Shown: one piece after another, positions 26,268-39,845 of the stretch
Numbering within the stretch: position 1 is the stretch's first letter
Layout: each line of letters starts with the position of its first letter
Assembly (NCBI GenBank): GCA_964016885.1
Contig: OZ024741.1
Location: 384,090,001 to 384,154,000 of the forward strand
Source: Eledone cirrhosa
Taxonomy: Eukaryota
Reading direction: 5' to 3'
Length of the DNA stretch: 64,000 nucleotides
Made by a program: the position numbers and the translations under genes
Notes under the pieces: generated by a model
The model's database searches: none
Told to the model about the DNA's origin: nothing
The model's input: only the letters and a program-made list of their open reading frames with translations

Positions 26268-26540
26268 AGTTTGTCTCGAGTCCGAAAGCTCATCAGACTG
26301 GTGTTAATCCCGGTTTTCGTGTTGTGAAGTGGCTGAATATACAAGACATCCTCTGGACAAGACGCCATTTCATTGCGGGGTTAAATCCCTAGCTATTGCT
26401 GGTACTCAATTTCAGCTGAGTATACTGGAGCAACGTGAAATGAAGTGTTTTCCTCAAGAACACAACCCAGTCCAGGAATCGAACCTACGACGTAATGATC
26501 GTAAGTCTAACACACTTATCAGTAGGCTACGCGCTTCCAC
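26268..26540 (-). mobile_element. SINE family S2 copy
   Basis: Reverse complement resembles 50832-51112 (tRNA head, ttcttgag..aaacacttcatttcacgttgctccagtatact). Confidence 0.7.
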
Positions 26541-26572
26541 TTTTAATTGGCAAGTACGCTTGAATACAGGGT

Positions 26573-29540
26573 AATGTTTCTACTTTTGGCTTAAGGCCAG
26601 CAATTACTGGTGTTTTATTTTATCGACCCCGTAAAGATGAAAGGCAAAGCTAACCTCGGCGGGATTTGAACTCAGAACGTAAAGAACCATAACTCTATGC
26701 TGCAAAGCACAGTTTTTGACGCTCTACCGATACTGCCCTTGAATACAGAGTAAAAGAACATAAGCAACCAAACCAAAATGCGTAGAGCAAACAAAGAAGC
26801 CTCTATCTAGGTGCTCAACTTGCAAAGAATAGCAAATAAATTTCCTTCAAATTCCATTGCGTAGTCATTAAAAAATACTATATCTTCCATATCGGGAAGA
26901 AATGAGGGGGTGGTTGCTGGTTATAACAGGAAGACTTCTGGTCACAGATTTGCTCGATCGACGAAAACCTGTTGCTTAACTACATGTATTATGGCATTTA
27001 GTTTCTTATCTCTGAATTCGAAGTTCAAATTCTTCCGGGCTCAAATTTAAATTCCATCCATCACCTGGCTCAATAAAAACAAAAACCATGCTATCAAATA
27101 ATTGTTTCTACTTTAGGCACAAGGCCAGCAATTACCCAGTGCATTACTGGTACTTTATTTTATCGACCCCGTAAGGATGAAAGGCAAAGTCAACCTCGGC
27201 GGGATTTGAACTCAGATCGTAAAGGGGCGTAACTATGCTAGAAAGCATGGCGTCCGACCCTCTACCGATACTGCCAATCCACCGCCCTATGCTATCAAAT
27301 AATAGTTTCTAACACTAACACAAGACCAGCAATTAAGGGGAAGTCGATTATATCGATCCCCAGTATTTAACCGATAGTATATTTTATTGACCCTGGAAGG
27401 ATGAAAAGCAAAGTTGTCTTCAGTGGGATGTAACTAAATGCTGAACAGCATTTTGTCTGACGCTCTAACAATTCTGCCAATCCCCCCACCCTCCCTTCTG
27501 GAAAATAATTGTTTCTACTTTAGGCACACGGCCAGCAATTTGGGGGAGGGAAAAGTCGATTAAATCGACCCCGTATGGCTGAAAGCAAAGCTAACCTCGG
27601 CGGTATTTGAACGCAGAACGTAAAGGACCATAACACTAAGCTGCGAAGCATTTTGTCTGACACTCTAACGCTTCTGCCAACCCCCCACCCTCCTATCAGG
27701 AAAATAATGATATCTTTCCTATTGACTATAATCCTCATTGAAGCCAATGTAAAATAATCAATAAAGAATAAGATTACGATAGAATATAATTCAATCTCCA
27801 GCAACCGTCATCGAGACATTGTTTCACTGCTGATTTATTACTATTTCCTTTAACTAAATGTCCCTAATGTTTTCCTGTTGTCATTTCATTCTAATAATTT
27901 TCTCAAACTAGAAGAGGGAATTCGCTTTTTCATAGAAACACTGTATCGATAAACTGAGTCTGTGATCCGATATTTATTATCTAACATTAATCAAGCTCTT
28001 GAGAAATTCTGAAACTAACTTCTCATTCGATTCTCCTTAAAGCTCCAGTCATCGTGTCTATGTAAGACAAGCCTTTGGAGTTAGGAATTTCACTTTGCAA
28101 TCATCTGCTTTCTGGTTTGATCCCACAGAGCGGCACATCGTAAACGTGTACTCTACTGGTAAATAATCGTTCCAACAATTTTGGAAAAGGGGAAAGTCGA
28201 TTAAACAACCCCCAGTGCGTTACTGGTATTTTTATTCTATTGACCACGTACGGAAGAAAGGCAAAGCTAACCTTGGTGGGATTTGAACTCAGAACGTAAA
28301 GGGCCGTAACTATATGCCACAAAGCATGTTGCCGAACGCTCTACCGATGCTGCCAACCCACCGCCCTCTCTACTCTACTGGCAAATAATGGTAGCGTTCC
28401 TATTGACTATAGCCCTTGTGAGTGAAGTTTGGTTGGCAGAAATTATGAAAAAAGCCGTTGTGTGGACCTGCATCACTTCTTACTACCGCCACCTGCCTTG
28501 TAGGAGCCTTTATCAGTGTCTACTTACTTGCAAATGTTCAAGTCAGATGACATATTTCACGATAATTTCCTCCCACCGGTCTCATTGGCTATGAAAAAGA
28601 TCATGAACGTGACACCTCTCTATAATAATTGTTTCTACTTTTGGCACAAGGCCAGCAATTATTCCAGTGTATTACTGGTACTTTATTTTATCGACCCCGT
28701 AAAGATCAAAGGCAAAGTTAACCTCGGCGAGATTTGAACTCAGACCGTAAAGGGCCGTAATTCTTTGCTGCAAAAAGCACGGCGTCCGACTCTCTATTGA
28801 TACCGCCTTCTCTCTATAATAATATTGTGCTAAAAACACTGCTGACACTTTGACATGATTGATACTACCACAACCCTTGCGATAGCCCCTCTGGTTTCGT
28901 TTGATAACATCATTGCTGACAAAGTGATTACGCTGCCAACAATAAACCAGTAAAGTAAGCCTCTATATTGTCATTAGATCTGCTAAATATTGCAGCCAAA
29001 TTTCCTTCAGATTACACTCTTACAGTATGTGAAAACAATGTCTGAAAACAGCTGGAATGTGGTTTATCATTGGCTTGCTCGATAAGGTCTTCTCTGAGGC
29101 TAAACTATGGTTTCTTATATAAGCACAAGGCCAGCAAATTTGGGGGAGGGGAAAGTCGATTAAATCGACTCCAGTGCGTGACTGGTGCTTTATTTTATCG
29201 ACCCCGTAAGGATGAAAGGCAAAGTTAACCTCGGCAGGATTTAAACTTAGATCATAAATGACCGTAACTCTATGCCGCAAAGCATGTTGTCCGATGCTCT
29301 ACCGATACTGCCAATCTACCGCCCTTCTGAGGCTAAACAATAGCGACAATAATTGTTTCTACTTTTGGCACAAGGCCAGCAATTACCCCAGTGCATTACT
29401 GGTACTTTATTTTATCGACCCCGTAAGGATGAAAGGCAAAGTTAACTTCGGCGGGATTTGAACTCAAAACGTAAAGGGCATAAATATATGCTGCAAAGCA
29501 CGGTCTCTGACGCTCTACCAATACTGTCAATCCACCGCCC
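26573..29540 (-). mobile_element. Cluster of eight co-oriented SINE S1 copies (~26573, 27100, 27300, 27507, 28165, 28625, 29108, 29350)
   Basis: Repeated tttatcgaccccgtaaggatgaaaggcaaagttaacctcggcgggatttgaactc. Several copies have target-site duplications (atgctatcaaataat; tctgaggctaaac; ctctctataataat). Confidence 0.85.
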
Positions 29541-29738
29541 TTGCCAATCCACAATAGCAACAATAACGAGGATTAGTGGTATAAACATTTAACCTTTCAA
29601 ATAAGTTATGTTTCGAAAGCGGCGAGCGTAGTTTGAAAATTGAGATTGCAATAGAAAACCTCGTCGTAACTTTTTGATTAAATAAAATAGTCTAATATTT
29701 AGTCAAAAGTGATAGTCTAATATGTTCTATATAGATAC

Positions 29739-30800
29739 CTAGCAGCAGGACCCGGAGTTGCACGCATATGCAAAGATTGAGGAATGTAGCTATGTACTTT
29801 TTGAATCCCTTATTCTCAGGGAATGATTGTTCATCTACTGGAAACGTAGAACACCAACAGGCCCAAATCGTGAAACCTCTGCATGTATGTGCAAAATCTG
29901 AAGAAAATCAGCTGGATACTCTTTAAGCGTACTAAATCTTAGAGTATGATTTTTCTTCCATTTGGAGAAAATCGGTTAGGTACTTTTCGAGTTTTATAGA
30001 TTCGCACCCAGTCATCCAGACAGACATCATCAGTTATGTCTATTGCGCCTGCATGCATACTGTACAGAGTAAAGCCTGCAATGCTTGTGTAAGACATGTC
30101 ATGCAACCGACAGCATGTTGGGCCTTCGCCACAGGAGACCATAGCCTCTTCGTAAATCTATCCAATCTGATATAGACCGAAATGTTATATCGGATGCCGA
30201 ACGCTTCGGAATTACTATTGGGTCACCATCAACAATTTCAAGTGGGGGTCACCGCGGAATTAGCACAACCGCTGTTCGGCGTACTTGCGCAGGGCGTTTA
30301 TACTGCGGGGTAGGTGCAACAAAAGAGGTCTTAGTAGAAGTTTACAGACGTGAGTTTTACGATGTCAATAACACGGCAACGTACACAGGGCCCGGGTTTG
30401 CACGTGATGAAAGCACAAAGCGTCAAGAGGGCGCCGACAAAAATTTTAAGATCCTCCATTTTTAACGAAATATTATACGCTACTTACGATGTTTAAGTAG
30501 CGTTTATATTGAAAATGAAAATGGCATGTAATGCTCATTGCTAATTCGTAAATTTACTAGAAACCATTAATGGAATCGGAAAAGATTTTTGTCCACAGCA
30601 ATGCAAGGCGACTAACTAACATGTGCTTCAAATTTAAGCCTCAAAAAAGCGTAAAAATGCCTTTAAAATGCGGTGTTTCGCCTCATGCGGGCCCTAGGAC
30701 AGAAAATATAAGTAACGCATGTGTAAAGTTTGAAAAAAATTGGACGGGTACTTCTCGTGTTTTAGACAGACAGACATCCTCTGTTATATATATATATAGA
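29739..30800 (-). mobile_element. Probable non-autonomous Helitron
   Basis: Minus strand begins A|TCTATATATATA..gtctgtctgtct and ends cgtgcaactccgggtcctgctgCTAG. The 3' hairpin is imperfect, and there is no TSD or ORF. Confidence 0.5.
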
Positions 30801-30801
30801 T

Positions 30802-31125
30802 AAACACAACCGCAAGGATGTGGTCCGAACGTGGAAGAGCCGAACTCCCACTCTCATCGCCTCCATCTCTCTCGCCCTCCCCATCTCACTATATCGTAAG
30901 CAAATGGCGTCCCACGTGCTGGCTTTCCCACAGCCCCGGCGGACAGAATGGAGAAGGCGTTTCCCCGGAGGATGGTAAGGAAGATGCGCTGGAAGAGCCA
31001 TTCCATCTCGCGAGGCTCACACCTGCAGCTAGCCAGCTCAGCGCCTATGGTGTTGAGTACGGAGGTAGCCCTAGGGCCAATGACTCCAGAAGTCTCCAAT
31101 GCCAAAGGCACAACCGCAAACCTGT
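30802..31125 (-). pseudogene. 3' end of CRE-like non-LTR retrotransposon (restriction-like endonuclease C-terminus + 3'UTR)
   Basis: PLALETSGVIGPRA..L..IG..L...PREMEWLFQRI..TILRGNAFSIL. The same 3'UTR recurs at ~32893-32970 (+). Confidence 0.72.
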
Positions 31126-32649
31126 CAAAAATGACAGGGATGTTTCTATTTCAATCTCAGTTTTCTATAACCTTTCCTAGGTGTCGCTCTCCTTTAATCT
31201 GGAAGGACCTCGAAGACTTCACTGTACTGGTTTAATCTAGTTCAACAGTTATATTCAGGTAAAGATGAGGAAATCATTGAATTGATCGTCTGTTTTAAAA
31301 CATTTCCAGTCTAGCAGTTACATATTATTTCAGTTATATGCCAGTGTTTTATCAATAAAGTCTACGCAATGCTCCTCCTGAGGTGTGAGGAACACATTAT
31401 TTTACCAAAAGTAAAAATCCTGCTATTCAAATATTTATATCGAGATCTAAAAATAAAAGAAATAAAACAGGTAAATTCTCTATACTTGCTGACAACAAGT
31501 TTCACTCGTTTTATTTATTTTTTTTTTTTTTTTCAAGATATTTGGTGATATTGATTGTTCAGTTCGATTGGTGAAGTGTTTGGTTTGACGGAAACGCAGC
31601 TGCGTTTTCACTAAAATATACAGAAATTTACTATACTCCAATGGGAATATAACAGATGATATTCCCATTGGAATTATCCGTAGATTTCATTATCTCAGTT
31701 AAATCTAATTATGAAAATGCAATCAATGATTGCTTATGGCAGCTGCTTCCCAATTGGTGAAACATAAGTTTCACCAAAATTTAATTTTCTTTAGAAATTT
31801 TGAGTTGTTCTCTCTCATTAAGCCAGAAACCATTGGGTTTATTGGTTTGATCGGGAACAAATATTGATATCGATTCTGTACAAGTCTTGACAGAAAAAAA
31901 GAGTGTAGTACTAAAAGAAGTTAAGAAGTCTCCCTTGGGAGACAATATTATTCGGTCTATCCGGTTTGGGAGCTTTCTAGCGAACTTTTTAAAGAAGTCA
32001 GTCATTCGCTCTGAGGAAACACAAACCTAACACGTTTTATATATATATATATATATATATGTGTATATATATATATGTATGTATATATGTATATGTGTGT
32101 GTGTGAGAGTATGTGTGTGTGTGTATGCGTGCGTGCGTGTGTGTAATGCCCTAGGTTTGTTTCCCCATATATACATATACATAGATATATATGTATATAT
32201 ATATACTATTTTTGTTTCTCTTTCCTTTCTCACTCACTCTCTCTTTATCTCTCTCTCTATATATATAGATATATATACATATATGTGTGTGTGTGTGTGT
32301 GTGTATATATAATGTGCTAATAAATATGCATATATATATATATACATGTACATAGCTGCATATATATATGTGCATATATAGTTGCATATGTGTATGTGCA
32401 TATATATGTTTGTGTGGGGGGGGGGGGGCGTAAGGCTCCTTGGTTGTTTTCATAATTAGATATAGACGACGTGAAGTGGATGCCATTGACAGATATCTAC
32501 TGATTCCACTGAGTAATTATGAAGTCGGAGAATAACTTTAGACGCTGCGGTGTCATTGTGATGAGAAGTGAAACCCTCTCTGGGTTGCACGCTAATCTAT
32601 TACAGCACTCATCCACAGAAGGTCAGTTGCATACATATTTATGTGTGAT

Positions 32650-33170
32650 TGTATAAAGGTACGGGGCTTAAGAGGTATAATATTTGGCTCACGATCATAA
32701 AGTCGTTAGATCGATTCCCGGCGGTGCCTTTTATCCTCGAGCAACAAGATGCTTTATTTTATGTCGCTCAAGTTCACTCAGCTAGAAGAAAGTGAGCTGT
32801 ACCTCTGATTCTAAAGGCCAGCCTTGTCAAACATTGTGTCACACTGAATCCTAAGGAGGATTACTTTGTGGGTACATGTGTCTGTTGAATGTTCAGAGAG
32901 ATGGGGAGGGCTAGAGAGATGGAGGCGATGACAATGAGAGTTTGGCTCTTCCGTGTTCGGACACATTGCACCTGTCATGTGGATCATGTGATATTTTTCA
33001 AGAAATCTGTAGCACATCTATCCATTCTGTATGCATGCTTGGATGTAGTTATGACAGTGGGATTACGAACCCTCGCCCAACAATCAAGCGACCACTTGCT
33101 TGTTAATCTTACGAGCAAACTGTTCCGTTGATCGAACAACTCGAATACTCATCGTTGTCACACGGATGTC
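32650..33170 (+). mobile_element. Degenerate SINE (S2-like head) interrupted by a CRE-like 3'UTR piece
   Basis: ctcacgatcataaagtcg..gatcgattcccgg..ctcgagcaa..cactcagct, with an inserted segment matching 30815-30890. Confidence 0.5.
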
Positions 33171-33399
33171 ACCACACACACACACACACACACACATGGT
33201 ATGGCTGTTCTGCGAGGGACAAAAAAACAACATCTGCACTTGGTTTGAACCCGCTTACAAGAATTGAGGAAAATATATCATCGAGATTCATGATTACATC
33301 TGTTAAGTTATTTTTTGTTTTATTGTGTGTGATTATTTTGTTTGTTGTTGTTGTTTTTTGTTTGTTGTTTTCTTTTGCTATAATTTATAACTGCATTAT

Positions 33400-33540
33400 A
33401 GGCAGTGAATTGGCAGAATGGTTAGAACGTCAGATAGAAACTTTGTGGCTCTCTGGTCTCTAAGTTCAAATCCCGCCGAGGTCAACTTTGCCTTTATCCA
33501 TTCGAGGTCGATAAAAAAAGTACCACTCAAGTACTGAGAC
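33400..33540 (+). mobile_element. SINE S1 copy (further degenerate copies at 34860-34982 -, 44090-44240 -)
   Basis: ggcagtgaattggcagaatgg..gttcaaatcccgccgaggtcaactttgccttt. Confidence 0.7.
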
Positions 33541-34446
33541 CGATTCTTTCTCTATAACTATTTCTCACTTCTATTCTCTCAATCTCTATCCTTCTCTGAA
33601 AGTAATCAGCTGTATTCAGATCTGGAGAGATAGGCTCCGCCAAATCCGCCAAATTTTTATAAAATACCCAAGAAACGTCGGGAGGTACGGGACAAAGCAT
33701 ACATAAATACATTATCATAAACATTTTGCATAATAAACAGGAAGGAAAATTACATAATTAACCTAAGGGGATGGTGGTGATGGTGGTGATACTGGTGCTA
33801 ATGTTTGTGCCAGTGGTGGAGTCTCGGCAAAATGTAATCAATGAAAGAGTTGATAAAAGAGTTCAGTGTGTTGTTTTGTGGCAAGGAGAGTAAGAATATA
33901 ACGTTTCGACTCTTTTCACTTCAGAGTTTAAAATAATTAGAAGTGATATCGTATGCGCTACAAGATAGCAAATCGAGGATGGAGCAAAAGTGATGGCAAG
34001 GGTGAGGAGAGGAGTGGAGAAAATAGGGAAAGCTAGTGAGATTTTCTATGAGGTTGCAAAATCGAAGTCAGATGAAATAGGAAGCGGTGATGACTTGGTC
34101 AAATGTCGATCATTAGGTCTTGAGTTTCGATATTGCTGCGTGGTATCTTGGCCAAGTGTCATATATCATAGCCTCCCGTCGGCCCATGCCTTATGAGTTA
34201 AATTTGGTAGATGAAAACTGTGTTCATGCCCATCGGATGAACCGTACCTATAATTCAAAGGCCCAGAATCTCACTGATAACTATATTAAAATTATATATG
34301 TCTATGGAATACTCAGCTACTTGCACGTTAATTTCACGCACGAACAGTCCGTTCCGTTGATCGAAGAACAGGAACAGTCCTCATTGAAATAGACGGAAGT
34401 CCACTTCCGTAAGGAACGCACACCAAGAGAACTACTAAAAATTACG

Positions 34447-34455
<9 letters not shown>

Positions 34456-34533
<78 letters not shown>
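34456..34533. repeat. (CA)n microsatellite
   Basis: Direct reading. Confidence 0.95.
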
Positions 34534-34535
<2 letters not shown>

Positions 34536-35753
34536 TACACAAACATACTTGCAAACTATGTTGGGAAGTAGAGACACACAAACATAGGGGAAAAGCAGGA
34601 AGAGAAGACAGAGATGGTAGGAGCTTACATTTAGATATAACATTTGTGAGCAAGGTAGGAAAAAAAAGAACCCGATCGTCAGATCAGGCAAAGGCATTTG
34701 TGTTTCTAGTGCAAATAAAATTTGCTCCTGGTGTCAGCGTTACCCGTTTTCCTATGACATGAGCTGATATTTTAACTCAGAACTGGAACAGATACTACAA
34801 ATCCTCCCGTTCAATTCTTTAATAATTCCGTCTATCCACCACCCATGAGCTGCGACCTTATATATCGACCCTGAATCGATAAAAGATAAATTTGACCTCG
34901 GCGAATTTTGAACCCAAAGAGCCGGAACAAACAGCAAGGTATTTGATCTGATGCCTTTAACGATTGTGCCAATCCGCCGCCAACTTAGACATACTGCAAA
35001 TATAGAATAAACGGCGAGTGGTTTGTTAATGTATTTCACAAACGATATTGATTAGTAAGAAACTATTTTACTTTGATAGATGTCAGATTTTCAAAGAAGC
35101 ATGACAGCGTCAATGTTTTTACTCCCATTGGTAGATTTCCAACATCCGGCACAGCGGAAGTAAATGACATATTTCATGGAGCGCCTTTACATAATTACAC
35201 CACCAGAAACAGTAATGCGTTGAACTAAATGACTTACAGTATTTCAAGAATCATCCGTCTATTTAGACGACTAACTTTCAGTTGGTCGAGAAACTAAACG
35301 TCCTACTAGTGAAATTAACGAGGGGCTGAGTATTCCACAGAAACTGTTAACATAATTCTCTGGAATTATCATAATTATCAGCGTGAAACAGAATGTGACC
35401 GAGCTGTAGTTTGGAATTAGAAGTAAAATGTATTTGACGGGGTTCCACACCGTTTCCGACAACGCATTTCTCTTATTCTTTTCTTTTTAATTCACTATCT
35501 CTATCCTTCGCACATTCTGTTTTTCTTTCTCTACCTTTCCTTTTTTTCTGCTTGATCCTTCCTTTTCCTCACTTCCGGAACTGGGCCAACGTCCATTCTG
35601 TTTCTATCATGCTCTTTCTTTCTTCACTTCAGTCTCATTCTGGTCCGATGTTAAAACTTGATCTCTCACAAATTTCTACATACGAAACTGAACATTTCTT
35701 TACCTCTCACTACTTTCTCCGCTCACTCGTCTTACGACTAATATAAATTGTAT

Positions 35754-35849
<96 letters not shown>

Positions 35850-36330
35850 TGAGTATATGTTGATTGTATACCAACACCCTAGTATGCAGATTGGAGCACT
35901 CGACGAAGTGCGCAGGTTGGTTTGGTTACTCCGGAGTAATGTAAAATAAAATTAAAATAAATAAGTCAAATGTTTAAAGTTTGGCTTCGTTTATTACTGC
36001 TATATATATTTCGGTGACAGCCTTCTTTGGCTGTGACCTCTTCAGGCAGTCCGAATTAGTGTGGTAGAGGCGAGTACACATGTTTTTGAGGTGTTTAACT
36101 TTGTCAATACTCTGATATGCCCAGTTCCTGGTTGGGTTATTATTTCATGAAATAACAACCCAACCAGGAACTGGGCATATCAGAGTATTCGTCTTTACCA
36201 CACTAATTCGGACTGCCTGAAGAGGTCACAGCCAAATATGGCTGTCACCGAAATATATATAGCAGTAATAAACGAAGCCAAATTTTAAACATTTGACTTA
36301 TTTATTTTATTTTATTTTATTTTATTTTTA
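35850..36330. mobile_element. Second copy of fold-back family H (turn at ~36147), hammerheads 35996-36050 (-) and 36212-36266 (+)
   Basis: Homologous to 10665-11331 with the same unpaired tail but a different fold-back point. The right arm has a small deletion. Confidence 0.85.
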
Positions 36331-36495
36331 TATATATATATATATAGTAATAATAATAAATGTGAAGACTTTATAAACTTTAATCTGTTATTTTAATAAA
36401 TATATATATATATATTTCAACATATATATATATATACATACGAAACTGAACATTTCTTTACCTCTCACTACTTTCTCCGGTCACTCGTCTTACTA

Positions 36496-36530
<35 letters not shown>

Positions 36531-36601
36531 ATACAATTTATATTAGTAGTAAGACGAGTGACCGGAGAAAGTAGTGAGAGGTAAAGAAATGTTCAGTTTC
36601 G

Positions 36602-36633
<32 letters not shown>

Positions 36634-36784
36634 ACAAAGAGGATATGGTAAGATACCTGGTGAACCATAACGCACCAGAGCACTGAATACTTAAGGTAGT
36701 AGAGTGGGTAATAGGAAAAGAGTCAGAACCCCGACGGCTGAACTCAGCCGTCGGGGTCCTGACTCTTTTCCTATATATATATAC

Positions 36785-36822
<38 letters not shown>

Positions 36823-36825
<3 letters not shown>

Positions 36826-37711
36826 ACCAGTGTATGGAATCTATAACCTATGAAAGGCAGACTATAGACACGATAATTAAAAATATAAATTAAGGCGTAA
36901 ATAAATACCTCTATAACTATATAATACGCGTACAAATCCAAAGATATGTTTCACCAGTAATTTGTTGAAAGAAATGGGTTAGCCTCGGTTCATCAGCGTG
37001 TGTAAGGATATTCATTTCAGACAACACTAAGAGAATTTTAAAAGTGGCTGTCCAGCTACACGTGGGAGAGAGAAGTCACAGCGTGTTTAAGGGCAGTGAA
37101 CCAGTGGCCTCTGAGGGACGAGCTGCTAGAAAGAGCAGCCCAAAACCACTCATAGAAGTGTGCTCAACCAAACAGAGATAGGAAAGACTGTTATTAGGAG
37201 CGAAATATCACGATAAATTAACGGAGGCATAGGCCCTCGCTATTCACTGTAAATAATGTGCTCAAAGGAGAAGAAATCCTGAGCTCTTTAAAATACAATA
37301 TGTTGAAAAGGTAACACACCAGAGAGATATAGAGTGCGCTATCAATAAAGCAGGGAAAAAAAACCACCAGTGTATGGAATCAATAACCTATGAAAGGCAG
37401 ACTATAGACACGATAATTAAAAATATAAATTAAGGCGTAAATAAATACCTCTATAACTATATAACACACGTACAAATCCAAAGATACTAATCCAAAGATA
37501 TGTTTCACCAGTAATTTGTTGAAAGAAATGGGTTAGCCTCGGTTCATCAGCGTGTGTAAAGCTATACATTTCAGACAACACTAAGAGAATTTTAAAAGTG
37601 GCTGTCCAGCTACCTTTTCAACATATTGTATTTTAAAGAGCTCAGGATTTCTTCTCCCTTGAGCACATTATTTACAGGGAATAGCGAGAGCCTATGCCTC
37701 CGTTAATTTAT

Positions 37712-37716
<5 letters not shown>
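36823..37716. mobile_element. Retrozyme/pLTR-like element: ~540 bp tandem repeat (1.5 units) plus terminal inverted segment
   Basis: accaccagtgtatggaat at ~36823 and ~37363. 37611-37716 is inverted to 37205-37312. Minus-strand hammerheads at 36926-37001 and 37464-37557. Confidence 0.78.
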
Positions 37717-37793
<77 letters not shown>

Positions 37794-37969
37794 TATTTAT
37801 TTAAAGGAATGTTTATCATTTTCTTTTGTTTACAGGTCTTCTTTTTTATTGCTAAACAGCGTAAAACGTTTTTAACATTATCGTACAATGTTTCATTACT
37901 AGACATGTCTCAAGTACACTAAACTACGCAAACAATTAGATAGTCAATGATGATATGATCCTGTATATA

Positions 37970-38052
37970 GAAGAAGAAGAAGAAGAAGAAGAAGAAGAAG
38001 AAGAAGAAGAAGAAGAAGAAGAAGAAGAAGAAGAAGAAGAAGAAGAAGAAGA
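37970..38052. repeat. (GAA)n microsatellite
   Basis: Direct reading. Confidence 0.95.
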
Positions 38053-38116
38053 AATTAGTGTCCTGGAGTTTTATTCAGTTGCTGGACTAACAATGAATTA
38101 AATTTGAGAATAAAAA

Positions 38117-38177
<61 letters not shown>

Positions 38178-38181
<4 letters not shown>

Positions 38182-39763
38182 TGAAACAAAATTAAAACGA
38201 AATTTCATTTCTCACTCTTAGTATGGCACTTACTTAAATGTAAGTATGCATGTATACGTACATACATATATGTATACAGACGTACAGTAGCATGCACATA
38301 TATATATATATATACATATGCATACAGGTACACATACATATATGCACGTATCAGTTTAGCGGCGCTAACGTCGCTTTGTTCGTTTGTAAACAAACTGAAC
38401 AGCCTGAATTTATGCCATACGGTGTTAAGGCAACCACGTCACCTTTTTGTTCAACACTGACACAGGAACGATGTACTAGTTTCAAGCTTGTTAGCTATCA
38501 TCAGCACCGTTTACCCATCTGCCAGATAGTTGAACGTTCGAAAGTATATACTTTCGAACGTTCAACTATCTGGCAGATGGGTAAACGGTGCTGATGATAG
38601 CTAACAAGCTTGAAACTAGTACATCGTTCCTGTGTCAGTGTTGAACAAAAAGGTGACGTGGTTGCCTTAACACCGTATGGCATAAATTCAGGCTGTTCAG
38701 TTTGTTTACAAACGAACAAAGCGACGTTAGCGCCGCTAAACTGATACGTGCATATATGTATGTGTACCTGTATGCATATGTATATATATATATATATGTG
38801 CATGCTACTGTACGTCTGTATACATATATGTATGTACGTATACATGCATACTTACATTTAAGTAAGTGCCATACTAAGAGTGAGAAATGAAATTTCGTTT
38901 TCATTTTGTTTCAATTTATCGTTTTCGGTATGCCTGACCGATTTAACTCACTCAATATGCAAATTAGGCTGCTCAGCCGTTAATTTTCATAAGGAAAGTA
39001 TATACTTTCGAACGTTCAACTATCTGGCAGATGGGTAAACAGTGCTGATGATAGCTAACAAGCTTGAAACTAGTACATCGTTCCTGTGTCAGTGTTGAAC
39101 AAAAAGGTGACGTGGTTGCCTTAACACCGTATGGCATAAATTCAGGCTGTTCAGTTTGTTTACAAACGAACAAAGCGACGTTAGCGCCGCTAAACTGATA
39201 CGTGCATATATGTATGTGTACCTGTATGCATATGTATATATATATATATATGTGCATGCTACTGTACGTCTGTATACATATATGTATGTACGTATACATG
39301 CATACTTACATTTAAGTAAGTGCCATACTAAGAGTGAGAAATGAAATTTCGTTTTCATTTTGTTTCAATTTATCGTTTTCTGTATGCCTGACCGATTTAA
39401 CTCACTCAATATGCAAATTAGGCTGCTCAGCCGTTAATTTTCATAAGGAAAGTATATACTTTCGAACGTTCAACTATCTGGCAGATGGGTAAACGGTGCT
39501 GATGATAGCTAACAAGCTTGAAACTAGTACATCGTTCCTGTGTCAGTGTTGAACAAAAAGGTGACGTGGTTGCCTTAATACCGTATGGCATAAATTCAGG
39601 CTGTTCAGTTTGTTTACAAACGAACAAAGCGACGTTAGCGCCGCTAAACCGATACGTGCATATATGTATGTGTACCTGTATGCATATGTATATATATATA
39701 TATATGTGCATGCTACTGTACGTCTGTATACATATATGTATGTACGTATACATGCATACTTAC

Positions 39764-39767
<4 letters not shown>
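38178..39767. mobile_element. Retrozyme-like family C (diverged subfamily): inverted unit + 2.7 tandem 454 bp units, four hammerheads
   Basis: Palindrome centre 38547/38548. CTGATGA at 38591, 39045 and 39499 (spacing 454), with a mirror at 38467-38511. (AT)n flanks. Confidence 0.88.
38584..38628 (+). ncRNA. Type I hammerhead ribozyme (repeats at 39038-39082, 39492-39536)
   Basis: aacggtg CTGATGA t agct-aaca-agct t GAAAC ta GTA catcgtt, with a 7-bp stem I. Confidence 0.88.

Positions 39768-39845
<78 letters not shown>

Noticed and set aside
26573-29540. Regularly recurring conserved motif with variable spacers (CRISPR-like look)
   Set aside because: Units are ~200 bp SINEs with pol III boxes and TSDs. 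Spacing is irregular, the context is eukaryotic, and there are no cas genes.
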